Positions 25,801 through 39,532 of a DNA stretch of 64,000 nucleotides are shown here, piece after piece. Within the stretch, counting starts at the first letter, position 1; each line of letters opens with the position of its first letter. This DNA comes from Antedon mediterranea (Eukaryota; Animalia; Echinodermata): positions 5,100,422 through 5,164,421 of the forward strand of contig NC_092678.1 of the NCBI RefSeq assembly GCF_964355755.1. The letters run 5' to 3'. The notes beneath the pieces were generated by a model, which saw only the letters and a list, made by a program, of their open reading frames with translations, was not told the origin of the DNA and made no database searches. A program made the translations under genes and the position numbers.

Positions 25801-27689
25801 ATTTTACAAGTAAGGCTTGTTTATACACATTATCTCCATGTTGTTAATATTTTCATCAATCAACAATTGTTCAATCCAACATGATTAAGCAAATGTATGA
25901 GTTATTTCATCATGTTTAAGGTAATGAAATGTTATTTGTTTACTAATTAGACCAAAGGCAATTATCGTGGAAGATAGTAGGACGTCAGACTGGGTATATC
26001 TCATTAAATCGGTAAGTCTGTAGATTAAGTATATACTTTATTCTTAATCGAGAAATATTGCGTTACTTGGAAATTTTAGTATTCAGTATACAGGCTTACT
26101 ACTATATAATGTTTATTGTGAACTTTATTCAATCAATCGTAATATTGAAATTAAATGTATAAATAGAGGTGAAACATAACTGCACACATTTTTAAAAATT
26201 AAAATTATTTAGCAGTTTTGTAACTCTTGTTAGCTTTATTTGTTGGCATGCAGGGTAGCTGTGCTGTTATGAAAATCTTGCAGTATAAAATAAGAGAAGT
26301 TGTTGAACCAGTTCAATCAGAAATTCTGAGTAAGTAGACAAGTTTGAAAACAAACAAATTCATTAATAATGTTTGACATTTAAATATACTGTGCTTTTAA
26401 TTGGCTAGCTATTACACACAGTCAACTTTTAATACATATTGTAATGTAATGCAACATTTATATAGCGCTGTCATGAAGATCAGAGCACTTTTTCAACAAC
26501 ATTCTTCTCCCCTTTAGCTAAGCAAAAATTAAGATTACATGAACATCCATTTGGATACCATGAGAACGTAATAAAGCAAAGAAGTCGAGCGTTCTTCAAA
26601 AACAGAGCAGAACAATTGAAAGGAAAGTGGATTCGACCAGCAGAACGACCAACGAACATGATACAAGTTAAAGTCAGAGATGATACGCATGTTAAATATG
26701 ATAATGAAAGAGACATGACAACGGAAGAAGAGGAGGACAGAGAAGAATCAAAGAAAGAATGCGAAAGGAAGAAAATGCACAAAGATAGGAGGAAACTGGA
26801 AAACACAGATGACATAGAAAATGGTAGAATAGAAAAAGCAATCAACTTTACAAAAGTAAGAATAGATTAACATTAATATGCATACACTATGATACACGTA
26901 ATAATAGAAAAAACGATACACTTTACAAAAGTAGGATTGTATTCAAGAATACATGTGATATCATTTGAAACCAATGACAATGCTTAAAATGAGTTAAACT
27001 ATTTCACCTTAGGGTCCGTTCTTAACACATAAAGTGGCATCTGATGGCGAACAGAAACTAAACATAGAAGCTGAACTTGAAGGACTGACTGCTAAACGTA
27101 GTGTTAGTAAAGATAGACAGATTAATTACCTGAAGATAGATACACTGGAAAAGGGAAATGTTTTTGTAAGTATATATAGTTTAAGAAGACGGAGAAATTA
27201 GTATAAGAATTCGTATGAATGACAATGGAAAAGAAATTTAGAATACTTTGAAACGATCAAAAGGGAACGCCTAAAAAAAATTTCTGTTTCTTTACATTCT
27301 AGGGAGTTCTGGATCTGGTATTCGGAGAGCAGTCAAAGCTAAGCCTAGTCAGCAATGGTGCAGAATGCGTTTTGATTTCAAAGAAATTCTTTACTCAACA
27401 TTGCAATGAAGAAACCATGAAGGACATCTCGGAACACGTATGTTCATGATTTGTTCTTCTTTTGACCGCGTCCAATTCCAAATTTGGTCATTGTATTGTA
27501 ATGTAGCCGCCACAGAATCCCACAGAGAATTTGTTAATTTTTCAGATGCGGCCGTACCCAAATGACGAAACTTCCCGACGAGATCTCAAAGAAAAGTTAA
27601 ACTGGAGGAAAAAACGTGACCTAACTATGCAAGATGTTGTTAGCAACTTCAGGAGGAATATCAGTCTTCGGACGCAGATCAGACCATGA
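22844..27689 (+). CDS. Cyclic nucleotide-binding domain-containing protein (CNBD2-like), paralog A, about 15 coding exons
   Basis: Exons DLVFDITKFKA, AWFESYEQHRVLIRYGRRPWTFYVILSGS, INPGGTFGEKAI, FDSWPIHLL, IIVEDSRTSDWVYLIKSGSC, IDTLEKGNVFG, LSLVSNGAECVLISKKFF, RPYPNDE; consistent GT-AG junctions. Confidence 0.85.
23358..23600. mobile_element. MITE family B-related copies (degenerate, tandem)
   Basis: cgcaacgcaaatgagttgaccaatcacaag ... gtgattggtcaa ... ttgcgttacg. Confidence 0.55.
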
Positions 27690-27919
27690 ACCAGTTACCC
27701 ATTCTTTCATTTTTGTAATGAATATTTATGTTTTTTATTGTGAATGGAAATAAAGAAACAAACCCATGACCCCCAATACCCCCAACCCTCTCCTCCAGGA
27801 TCAACATGTTCAGCTGCAAGAAAGTGTTTCCCTTTAAGATATTTCAAATCCGACTTGTTTGGGAATTTGAATAATGAACTTGTATTGTACATTATATACG
27901 TTTATGTATTTCATAACGC

Positions 27920-28133
27920 TTTTGAATTGAATTGAAAAATATATTTATACTTGGTAACCTCTTCAGTCAAAGACTGGTCTCCCAGAGGGCCAAGTTGGTG
28001 ATCAGTGGCTGTGATGTACTAGTACACCGGGGTAACCCCCTACTCGTCTCGAAAGATGTACTAGGTTCTCTAAAGTTCACACGAGCTAGATGTGTACACT
28101 GGACCTACGGTTTATAGTCCTTATCCAAGAACT
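27920..28133 (-). mobile_element. 5'-truncated DeuSINE
   Basis: Reverse complement of the 57851 copy (ggataaggactataaaccgtaggtccagtgtacac ... ctgaagaggttacc) with a tcaat-type tail. Confidence 0.8.
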
Positions 28134-28505
28134 AGGGAAGAGTTAAATTTACAGTAATTTAACTCTTCCCTGGTTGAACTGTCTTGATATTTTGTAAATA
28201 AACAAACTTTACCACATCTACTCGTAAACCTCTGATTTATTTCAAGCAATATAAAGCATTGATTGTAGTTGTAGCACAAAATAATTATAATCTGTATTTC
28301 TATTGTTTAAAACATTTTTGATCACATCGCATCCGGGCTATTTACTATTGCACATCTTGTCTAACAATGAATTTTGTGTTCTATCAATAGATAATCTATT
28401 GTCGTTCATATAGATAATCCATTGCCGTTTATATAGATAATCCGTTGACGTGTATATAGATAATCCATTGTCGTATATAATCCACTGTCGTGTCGATAGA
28501 TCCGA

Positions 28506-31500
28506 CTAAACACCCACGTCAACTAAGGATCTTTTAGATGATTTTTCTGCATTCTTTATGTTAACTGTTTTCTTTAATGTTCCGATTCTAAACTCCTCCC
28601 ATTTCATCTCCACTTCTAACTGGGCCTGCATTTCTTCATCCGTTGGATATGGATATTCCTAAGGATAAATAGCATAATGGCTGACAGACGTATGGAATGG
28701 AAAAAGGCAGCAGAAGTAAGAATGAAGATTGGTTTCTACTAGGACGCAACCGAATTGACCAATGACAAGCGAAATTCGGATAATCCATCGCTTGTGATTG
28801 GTTATTTACGTTGCGCTAGTACGTCCCTGCGTTGCGTCCTATTGGAAACCAAGCTTTATGCACAGATTAATAAAGACTGTTCTTTAATTTTCAAATAAGA
28901 TTATTTGTTACACACCTCTGTCCTTAGTTTCGTCATCATATGCGAGTCCACGTGCTCCAAGTACAACTTCTTAGAAAGTAAAATGCACTCTGCACCATTA
29001 CTTACAACTGCAAAACTCGGCTGGAGTCCGAAGGCTAGCTCAGCTAGACCCTACCAATACAAATAATTATACACATTGTTAGAAGAACATCGAACAATTA
29101 CAATTATTGGCTTGGTTGGAATTCATTTTATCGTATTAGTTTATGTTGTACAGCGCTTAGAGGTTTCACAACATACAGTTGTAATTACACGTGTAATTAC
29201 AATTGTTTTAAATACTTACAAAGACCGATCCTTTCGTAAGGGTTTGAACTGTAACCCATATATGTTTTACTCCATCTTCTGCATTTTCCTGTAAACGAAG
29301 TTAAAACATTTGTAATAGATTGAAATAGTAAGCATTAATACTACGTAACGAGATGAAAAGGATGATGGGTAATTTGTTTGTATCAAATACCTAAAAGTAA
29401 ATACTGTCTTTGTACCCACCTGGTCAAGATTGGTGTCGATAACTTCGTCCACCATTGTCTTTCGTTTCCCACTTGGCTGGCTACTGTTCGTTGTAACTTT
29501 CGCGTCACCTGGTAAAAAATGAATTTGATTTGTTTTATATCATTTTCTGTAGTTTAAAGCTCCCGTATTTGTGTTTTGTTTAAAATGTTTTCCTCGGCTT
29601 ACCTGTAATCTGGTAGAACCGTTTCAGCGGGTCATTGTCATCCGCAGCCTCCTCATCGTCTGCTTCTGACGTGTTATCCTCTTCGTCGTCTGCTGCCTCG
29701 CCTTCTTCTATGGATTGTTGGTTTGCGCGTCGTCTTTCCAAATGAGGCTAGAATTATAATAGCTTACCATAATTAATCATTAATTACATTAAATCAACAA
29801 TTATAGACAACCATGTGCTTGATATTGCTACCGTTAAATCTGCATTAGTTTGTCTGAGTTAGTTTACAGTTACTATTTTACAGTGTGTTTAATATCAATG
29901 ATCTAGCCTACTTTCTTAACACTTAATGGAAGTGTTGACGACCGTCTGTTTTTATATGTTTTTGTCGCAGCATTATGTATTCCACTACTTCGTCTTCTAT
30001 CAGTTCCTTCCTCCTTCTCTGCTTCTCCTTGTTGAAATGAAACCCTCTTACTGTCGTTTTTATTTACTCCTCCTAACACTCGTTTTCTGTTATTTGCATA
30101 AAGTTCGTTTGTGTTTAGATCGTTCAAGAAGTTTTCAAACTCTTCACGTCTTTTTCGTTGCTCAAAATTCTCGAAGCTCCTGCCTGCAACTTTCTCCATA
30201 CCAGGGAATAATGACAGACGTTTCCGCCTCCTCATATGATCGGGGAACCCCTTACCATCTAGTAAAGATCAAATAACCTTATTGAATTATCAACATTATG
30301 GTTAATATTATGTTAATCCCGACTGGTATATAATTACCAAAAAATTAAGAAGAAATAAATATTGATTATGATGAATAAAATGTGTGATCATACTGACCTG
30401 AGATTGAAACCCGCCGCGTATAACTCTGTGTTTGTTTTACCTCTTTCAAACGTTTCATTACTGAACAGCTTCCCTATATAAAATATAAGCATTACCGCAC
30501 ATATAAATTAAAATTAATACAATAGAAAATATCTCGGTTGCATTAGTGTGAGAGTGTGAGACTGAGAGATGAATGAATTGCTTACCGATTTTACAATAAG
30601 AATCCAGTCAGTGGTTTTGCTGTTCTTTATCAATACGTCACCCCTCCTGAAAATAAATTAAGCGTCATGATAAAAGCAACCATTGATACGCAGAAATGCT
30701 TAATAGCGTCCCATATTAATTCTCTCTACTCATAACAATTTCTTAGGCCTGGGTCAATAGTTGATACTCACATAAAGTAAGAAAATACACATTTCTTTCT
30801 GTTTCCGACTAATAAGTGTAATGGCCATCCATCTAGAAATTTCAAGTTTCTGAAAATGAATAATTATCATCACGTTTATGATACACAGAATTAATATAAT
30901 CATTCGTATTTCACTTGCCTAGTTTAGTTCAGCAATAATCGATAATCAATAATAAGCAATAATCGAAATATTTAGTTTAACTTACTTTACAAAATCGTTT
31001 TCTGAATCGAACAAAGATGAGATTCCACCAGCCATGAAAATCTGAACGTAATTCTGTTTTTTTAAATAAAAATGATACAAAAAAGTGGGTCATTATTAAT
31101 TGACAGAATACTTTAAATAATTTTCCTTTATTAATTTAAGTATGTTATCGGTTTTTATCGGGTTTTATCGGTTGTTATTGATTGATACTCACATCAGCAT
31201 CTATGCAAAGAAGTTCAATTCCTTCACGGGCGATGATCGTTGACTGCCTCTGTGCTTTATTTACAATCGCAAGTTCCTATTAAACGGAAACAAAATAGTA
31301 AACAGCATGTATTAATTTTTACTTACTAATTTCATACTTTTTATATTGTTTTCGTAAATTTCAGATATCTAATTCGTTATTCTGTTATTTTTAAACAAGT
31401 GCGTTTGCTCTCCAATAAAGCTTGTTCACACTTTGACGCAATGCAATGACGTAGGCCCAACGGAAAAAGTGAGTTGACGAATCACAAACGAGTTCACATG

Positions 31501-34500
31501 ATCAATCGGGTCGTGATTGGTCAAATAACTTGAGGCGCGCTTTTATGTCATTGTAAAACTATTCAGACAGATAAATGATACGTACCCCAAATGTCTCTCC
31601 TTTATGTAAATAAACTACGGTCTTTGCGTACAAACTTCCTTGTTCTAAAACGTTTACAAGTACTAAAGTAAAAACAGACAGTTATCATCAATTTTTGGTA
31701 GATTTCAAACTTTCAGATGTAGCCTATATACGTCACATTTATTTTGAAATCCTGGTTTCTAATTGGATAATGATTTGGGCTTACCTGATCCAGACAGAAT
31801 AAAGTAGAAATTATGCGGCTGATGACCCTGGCGTAAGATGACCCGTTTTGCCGAATATGTTTCGTACCATGCGCATTGAACGATGGCTTGTTGCATGGCT
31901 AACGGATACTCAGAAAATGTCTTGTAATTTCTTAGTGATATCAAACACTGAAATAAAAGATTAATGTATATGAGATGAGATATGAACAGACAGACAATTG
32001 TTGGTTGATTGCGAAAGAAACTGAAAATGCGACGAAGCGTGAAAAAAGGTTATATAACTGCAATGTATCATGGGATATGTCATATAGAATAAGAACAAGA
32101 GTTTCATACGTGGTATTTTTCTTTGTCAGTTCGCTCATGCGCACTTGTAGTCAAAATCCTCTTTGCGTCACTTGAAATACCAGCCTAATTTGAGAAACAA
32201 ATATAATATGTCATTATATTACACTTATAAGAATGTCTTCAATGTATATTTAGAACTAACAGATAAAACACTTACTTTTCTGTTTGCTTTAAAATAAGTT
32301 ACGTCAAATAGAAGTTCTTTCTGTTCGTCATCTACAACAAGTCCTCGTGTTGCGGTTCCTCTATCATTAGCACTGTAACATTAACAACAACAGTTTTAAA
32401 ATATTATATTTTAGAATTTGCTCGTTCATGATTTAATGTGTAAATATGCTGTGTGGTAATTTGTAATTTATCAATTTATTCAAAATTCTGGATTCAAGAA
32501 CATGCCACAAATGTTCCAATTATGTTCTTAAAATTGAACGATAAAACATATCATTGTCTTCGTTTAATAGTCCAATAATAAACCAGCTGTTTTAACACAC
32601 TAAATGACACATTTACCTGAGATAATGAGTTTTGCAGAGTCGATACAAAAATATTATAATCTTGGCAGACGAACGAAACTTGCGCAATCGTTTCTCCTGT
32701 CAAAAGAACAACATTAACGAAATGAATGGAATGATGTATGGCAAACATCCGCCATGTTTGAAATATTACGTTCTATGTAAATTACTGATACTCTCTCTTT
32801 CTCTTCATAAGTATATTGCAAATATTGTTGAATTTAGTATCAACTCTTCATTAATGTGTGGAAATGATAAATGGAAATATTATTATGATAAAATAAATAG
32901 GCAAACGAAAAATAGAAACAGTAAGTAAACATCATGTTAACTGTTAAACCATATGGTTTCGTAATCATTGTACTATTTATCTTTTAAATATCGTAAAGTA
33001 AAAGTGTTAGTATTACTACTATTTGTTACTATTGTTGAATTTAACATGTACAACAACCCATCTTCATTAAATGGGCGGAAATATTATGATAAAATAGTAA
33101 GAAAACGAATAATGTAAAGAAAGCATTAAGTGAAAATCATGGTATTTCAAAAAGGAAAACTGCTAAACCATATGGTTTCGTTGTGGTGATTGTTTAATTT
33201 TACTATTTATTTAAAAAATTACCACAAAGCTATAAAAGGTGCATGAAATCGTCTCATTGGACAACACGTTTATCAGACGGATGGTTAACAGTATATACTT
33301 TTATTGAATTATACCTGAGCTCCATAGAGACACAGACTGAGGGTAATACTATCATTCCCAATGGAAAAAACCTGGCAATGAACCACAGAAATGAATATCA
33401 AAGGTAAGCATTCGTTCATGGTTCTAGTAAATCAATTTATTTTTTAACAAGAACAAGCGCGTTACCTTCTGTTGTTGCTAGGACACTCAAAAACAATTAA
33501 AATTATCAGAATTCGAGTTCATATTCAATAATCTATTACAAAATAATTCTTTTCCAGAGGAAAAAATCGATATACTGTAGGCCTACTGTATAGATTTGTA
33601 ACAATCAATTAATAGGCAAAACACAATCTTTTTCAAAAAAGATATTTTTTTAATAGCAAAATGTAATGTGTCATCAACGCTCATCCCATTATCTATTTTA
33701 AATATCAAGACTGAAAGGTGGCACCGACAAGGCTACTATTTACTTTGTAAAATGGGGATCAAGTCAACGCCCTTTGTTTACCCCCTTTGTTCATGGTTAC
33801 CGAGGAAGATTGATTACAATGAATAAAGCTATATTGACTTAGGAGAACGATCAATGCCTTGTTTATTGGTTAATTAGAGACGAAATCAATGTTATTGTTG
33901 TCAAATTTAATTCTAAGATTACGTGAGGTGAAAAGTTGGAGAACAAACACTACAGTCAAAATGTTACACAAGGTGATGGTGGTTATGCAAAGAAGTTTTA
34001 AAGTTTTTATTTCAAACATGAAATTAAGAATCAAGAATGGAATAAGAATTAGATAAATGAAACAAGTGGAATAGTTTTAAAAGCATTGAAAATGTATAAT
34101 TATTTGTTATATATTATTATATGGTTGTATAGAGCCCAGTGGGACTACACACGAGGACCAAACATCCTTCTCCTAGATACGCAATGAGCCTCTGAAAAAT
34201 CCACAGCAAACCACTTGGCTAAGTAAATGTAGTTAAGAACGATCTCACTTTTTAAGTACGGTCATTACTTGAAATTCGATATGAAATCAAACACCATAAC
34301 ATTACTAAATATATTTGTATTTCTTTTGAAAGTAATCTTAGTGCGTGCAAACCCATTGGAAAGCACGCATGAAACAACAGAAACCGAGTGTAGGGCCATA
34401 GTTTACAGTCTATCATCGCGATTGAAAGAGGTTTGTGTTTGGTAAAGTTTAAAACATATAGAGGCATGTTTGAACATAAGATGATTTTGGGAATCTAATG

Positions 34501-35694
34501 ATGTGAGTCTAAGCACTGACCACAAATATTTATAAAATGAAAAATGTTTGTTTAGTGAACAATAACTTTCTGAAAATCAATATTTAAATAAAGAACTATG
34601 TTAATGAAAGTGCATTAAATTGAGTATTGCAATTCGGTAACGAAGAATTCTTCTTTTTTAGAAAAATATACTTATAAAGTAGTATCATATTCGGCCAGGA
34701 AAGAGTGAATAGATGATTTATACATTATTTTGAGCAACCAAATTTTGAGTTATCTTAGGTATGAGTGATGGAAAGAACATTTACATTTTAAATTGAACTT
34801 GTTGCCTCAGTTTTAGTGACCATAAAATACCAACATTTAACTGTTTAAAACACCGCAAAATATAAATATTAATAAAGTCACACTTACTCTATTTCGTTGA
34901 CGTAGTTTTTTGAGTTGAAAATGCAACTTGAATGAGCTCTGCGCAACGCCCAGTCCAGTTGCTAAGAAACCTGTACCGTTAGTCTTAGTTGACCCCCTCC
35001 TCGGCCCTGTTACCCCTCCCCGTACATCAAACACTACATCCTGTAAACGAGATAACGTTGAACCTCGCCGTCCATTCCTAGATTTAGGTTTATCATCAGT
35101 AGTCTGAGATTGTAAACTATCTCTTAGTTTATGCATTAAAGATCCTCTTCGTGCCGCTGTGACCACTGGCTGCTGTCGGTGGACTTCTCCATTTGACGAT
35201 TTTGATTCAACTCCTAGAAATTCGTCGATTTTAATTAAAACTGATCCTTTTGTGCGTCTATCTTTAGTGACAAGCTCATTTGTTTCGGAGATTAATAATG
35301 CATCATCACTTATCGGCAACATCGTTTTCGTTCGTGCTATTGTACTGGACGTCACGTTATTGTTAGTATTATAAACTCTGACATCTCGTAATCCCTGCTG
35401 CGGTGATTCTAAACTGTTCTTTTCAGTCGCTGTTTCTTCTTTTATGTCAGAAAATCCGTTGGAAAAAGCAAGACTTCCTTTACGAAGACTCATTCTCTTT
35501 CGTGATTCAGGGGACGAATGGAACGAAGTCCGTTGAGCGTTACTTACCCCTGCATCCCCTCTCATCAATCGAAGTGATTTTAGCATGCTCTCTCGTCTGT
35601 GTTCGCTGCTTAATTTATCGGTGGCAGAAAGGTTGAATTCATTTACCATCATCTGCCTATTCACTTTAGCTTGAGATGAATGATATGATTTCAT
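28506..35694 (-). CDS. Cyclic nucleotide-binding domain-containing protein (CNBD2-like), paralog B, about 17 coding exons
   Basis: Exon 1 34888-35694; KELLFDVTYFKA, AWYETYSAKRVILRQGHQPHNFYFILSGS, LHKGETFGELAIVN, FLDGWPLHLL, RGDVLIKNSKTTDWILIVKSGS, FAVVSNGAECILLSKK, EYPYPTDEEM; stop at 28506. Confidence 0.85.
28726..28855. mobile_element. MITE family B copy
   Basis: agattggtttctactaggacgcaac ... gttgcgtcctattggaaaccaagct imperfect TIRs. Confidence 0.7.
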
Positions 35695-37050
35695 GATTTC
35701 CGCATACTCTTATATACATCATCAATAGAAAAACCCTACAGAAAATTTACATTTTTAAATAGAAAGATCTTAAAAATGATAGAATCTGCAATTATCGAAA
35801 CAATGAATTTTGAAGTTCGACGTCGTATTCCTTGTCATGCCTTGCGAACTAATCTGCACATCCCACAGATTGATCAAACTTTGGTAAAAGTATTGAACTA
35901 ATTCATCCGTCAATTATAGTTAGCGCATCACGTGTGCAAAATTAAATTGACTATATTCCGTAACATTCCATAACAAAATTGACTAATTGACAACACATGA
36001 TACAAATTGCCGTTGCTATCAAACTTCGGCTTTACTCTAATAATTCGTGTATCCCTTTAGTTCACCACCAGTATTGGTCATAACTCAGCGATTGCCTTAC
36101 ATACGTCACTTGGTGATGGATGAAAAGCAAATAAAATGCATAATTTCTTCCAATGAAAAACAGGAAAGTGCTTTGATGAAAGAATGCGAACTAAACACAA
36201 GAAATGCAAACATACAAACAGCTCGTGTTACAGTCAAACGTCGAACATGACCCATTTTGTTTTTTTTTAAATTAATGTTTTTACTACCATTGTAAGTGCG
36301 CCAATTAGGATAACTAACGATATAATTAACAATGGATAATTAAGTTATTTAACGTTTAAGTAAGAAAGATTATGTACCGTGATTTCTTAAGTGACAATTA
36401 ATGTTGACAAACGTAGGTAAAGACTGGAACAACTTGTTAATTCTTGAGACAAAAGAATAGAAATGCGCGCATATTACCATTGTTGACTGCAAGGTGTCAG
36501 ACGTACACAGACAAAACGTACATACAAAACAAAATACATCTTCTTTGTATATATTTTTTTTATTTCAACAGATTAGACATCCTTTTGTGTTATATTCTAC
36601 TAAATTGCACACATTCGTGGACGCACATATAAACCGAAATATTAATATTATCAACATATATTTATTCGTTTCTTCACCTATTAATTTAATATTACATTAG
36701 ATAAGTGACCTTTTGAAATATTATTTTGTATTATGAATTTGTTGTGTCTGTTATTTAATTTGCCAGTGTACTTATACTAAACAATAAAAAAATAAATAAA
36801 AATAATTGGACTGAAGTATTATAAAATGAAAATGTATAAAAGTAAAACATAATGAGTTTTTATTCGGTATCATAGAACTTTGGCCAAAGTTATGTTACGG
36901 TGTTTCCTGACGTCATCACCGTAAATAAAACACAATACTTGTCTAAACAGTGCTGTGTAAACATAAATTCAATAAGTTCTTAATCAGGCTTTTATTCGTT
37001 GCCTACACTGCACCCTTCACCCTTCTCCTTCAAAAGGTCCCCTGTGATAG

Positions 37051-37064
37051 GTTGCCATGACAGC
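37051..37064. promoter_or_regulatory. RFX X-box-like motif
   Basis: GTTGCCATGACAGC versus consensus GTTGCCATGGCAAC, about 115 bp upstream of the ATG at 37179. Confidence 0.45.
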
Positions 37065-37178
37065 AAAGAAGCTTAACTTAACTCTGTTGTTTATAGCAGT
37101 TCTTGAGTTCAGTTAGCGAAGCGTAGGCCTACTGCACTAGCCCGTTTTAATTGTTTGGGCTGGTGTCGTTGGGGAATA

Positions 37179-38902
37179 ATGGCGAATCATACCAGGGCAC
37201 ACACCGCACGGAAATCATCGTAAGTAAACATTTAATTAAAATGAAGCATAGTATTTATACATTGTAATGCCTTTTTTTTAATGTATTGTTATGTAATGTA
37301 CCTAATTATGTAGCTTTAACCACGTAAGGTGATGTACAATACAATTTTAGATCTCAAAATGTATAGTACTTTATTAATTGGTGTATTACATAATGATTGT
37401 TGTGATCCATTCCCGAAAACACTGAGTACATCATTGCACAATTGTCGTCTCAAAGCTAGCATTATTATCATTTTAAAGAATTTTAAAATAGTCAGTTTCA
37501 ATTGAAGATTGCATTAAATTCTGTCATTCATTAAAAACTAATGATATTAATGTTTGTTGTCAGTATGACATTCTTTTCAAAGAATGACCCCGTTCGATTA
37601 CCCCAAGGCCATACTGACCACTGGACGAATATGAAATTAAAGGTAAGGCCAAAATATGTTTTGTCATTAAGTTACATCATTTGTTGTTGCCGGTGGTCTA
37701 GGATGGTTCCAGTGAAATATATTTAAATATGGTATAAAAGTTATAATAATAATGAGAACATGCATTGAAGTTTAGTTTTAGTTTAAGTTTTAGTTTAAGT
37801 TTAGTTTAAGTTGTTTTCAAATTTTGTTTAAATGTGCCGTAGGGCCCCTCAGAAGAGCAGTTTTATTTTATTACTGAGAGGGCTACCCTACTGAAAGAAA
37901 ACTAAATAAATAAATAAATAAATCACCTATAAAATGCTATTTCAAAGTATTTCAGTTTTTCAGTACGCTAGAATTCAACAAACGTAACACAATGTAGTGA
38001 ATTATCTGCTACCTTGATTCTTTTTTTATTGATTGATACGTTTTATTCGTTGCATTTCATTGTTTTGAATTTTCCAATGTTTTAGTTTTGTAGGCCTACT
38101 GTGAGTCAAGAATAATCCTTCTTTAATATCCGTTTGCTTATAAAATTATTTAACTTAATTTCTTTCTTTCAGTGTACCACTGTCCAGGTCGCAATGCCTT
38201 CTGGGAAAGTGATCAATCATGCAGGTATGTTTTCATGTTTTGTGAGTTTCCATTTTCGAATTTTTTTTTTGTCTAGGTAAATTTGTTTTGTTAGTAATTA
38301 ATTGTGGAACACGCTATATAAATATACACATACCATCTATATTTCCCTCTCATCCTTTATAACAATAACTGTGTATCTATTTATCTAGTTTGGATCTAAT
38401 CTAATTATTACATATACTCTACTTTGAAATTGTGATTTGTCCAGGTTCAGCTCCTGTTAGTGTACCAAGAGATCAGTGGGTTGCTACATTTCAGTACAAC
38501 CCCGACGGCTCGATGTCCCGTCTAGAGGACCACACATTTTCCGATATTCTCGTAAGCAAACTGAATGGTACCGTGCCCGGAGGATATGACAAAGAAAGAA
38601 GCAAACCAAATAAATCTAGCAAACTACGAACTTCTTATAACACAAAAGCTAAAGAAGGCTTCGCTTACTGGAATATAGAACGGCCTAAGCCAACAAGCTG
38701 TAAGTATAACATTCATAAATACAGAACTCTTTGTGTTTTATTGTGATGTACATAATTTAATAACGTAAATATGCACACGTTACGTTACGATGATCTATAC
38801 TAAATTATATGTCTTATATCTTTGTCTTATTTTTCAGTTGCTAAATCTGGTATTGGATCAGCAAACACTGTTCTCGGCATAGGAAATTCAGTCAGAACTT
38901 AA
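37179..38902 (+). CDS. Uncharacterised 163-aa protein; 5 exons (37179-37219, 37564-37642, 38173-38224, 38445-38699, 38838-38902)
   Basis: All junctions GT-AG and phase-consistent: MANHTRAHTARKSSMTFFSKNDPVRLPQGHTDHW...KAKEGFAYWNIERPKPTSFAKSGIGSANTVLGIGNSVRT*. Confidence 0.75.
37765..37922 (+). mobile_element. LINE 3' end remnant (CR1/L2-like)
   Basis: tttag-type repeats, gtagggcccctcag..ctgagagggctaccctac stem-loop and (taaa)n tail. Confidence 0.55.
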
Positions 38903-39354
38903 TCAATCAATCAGACGGAATTCACAACACTAAATTCTCCAACTTTGAAACGATAAACATGATTACATTGCTAGCTACCGCGAATAAACCTTCTCGGAAG
39001 CCTGCTTGTCCATCCTAGATAGCCACATCTTAAAATATCGTTAAACCAGTAAAATCAAAATGTTGTAATAATAATAATAATGATAACAACAATGACGTAA
39101 TAAAACTTTAAACCGCATCATGTAGAAGATGCGACATTGCAGCTGAAGTAGTTATAGAATTTAAACCTAAAACCGATAACTGTGTTATCAGGTATTGTGG
39201 GTAACGAGCTGATCAAAAACGACAGAAAGCTGGTGTGACGTGTGTTTGTTTTGCTGTGCACTATTTTCTATAATAAGCACATGTTTAAAATATACTTGTA
39301 GAAGATATGAACCAACATAGTTTTAAATATTGTCATGTGTGTATGTTTATTATC

Positions 39355-39532
39355 AGTCTTCCTTTTATGGATACCAATCTTCCTTATATGGATACTTGTC
39401 TTCCTAATATTGAAACCAGTCTTCCTTATATGGATACCAATCTTCCTTATATGGATACTTGTCTTCCTAATATTGAAACCAGTCTTCCTTATATGGATAC
39501 CAGTCTTCCTAATATGGATAACGATCTTCCCT
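39355..39532. repeat. 21-bp minisatellite with 63-bp higher-order structure; two more units at 39733-39780
   Basis: Unit cttccttatatggataccaat and variants. Confidence 0.9.

Noticed and set aside
32845-33210. Imperfect ~170-bp direct duplication in an intron (similar case at 25490-25730)
   Set aside because: Ordinary local duplications in AT-rich introns with no evidence of function.
34130-34225. GC-richer patch with gcaaaccac reminiscent of an RTE 5' HDV-like ribozyme
   Set aside because: Could not build the nested double pseudoknot by eye; probably a degraded repeat.
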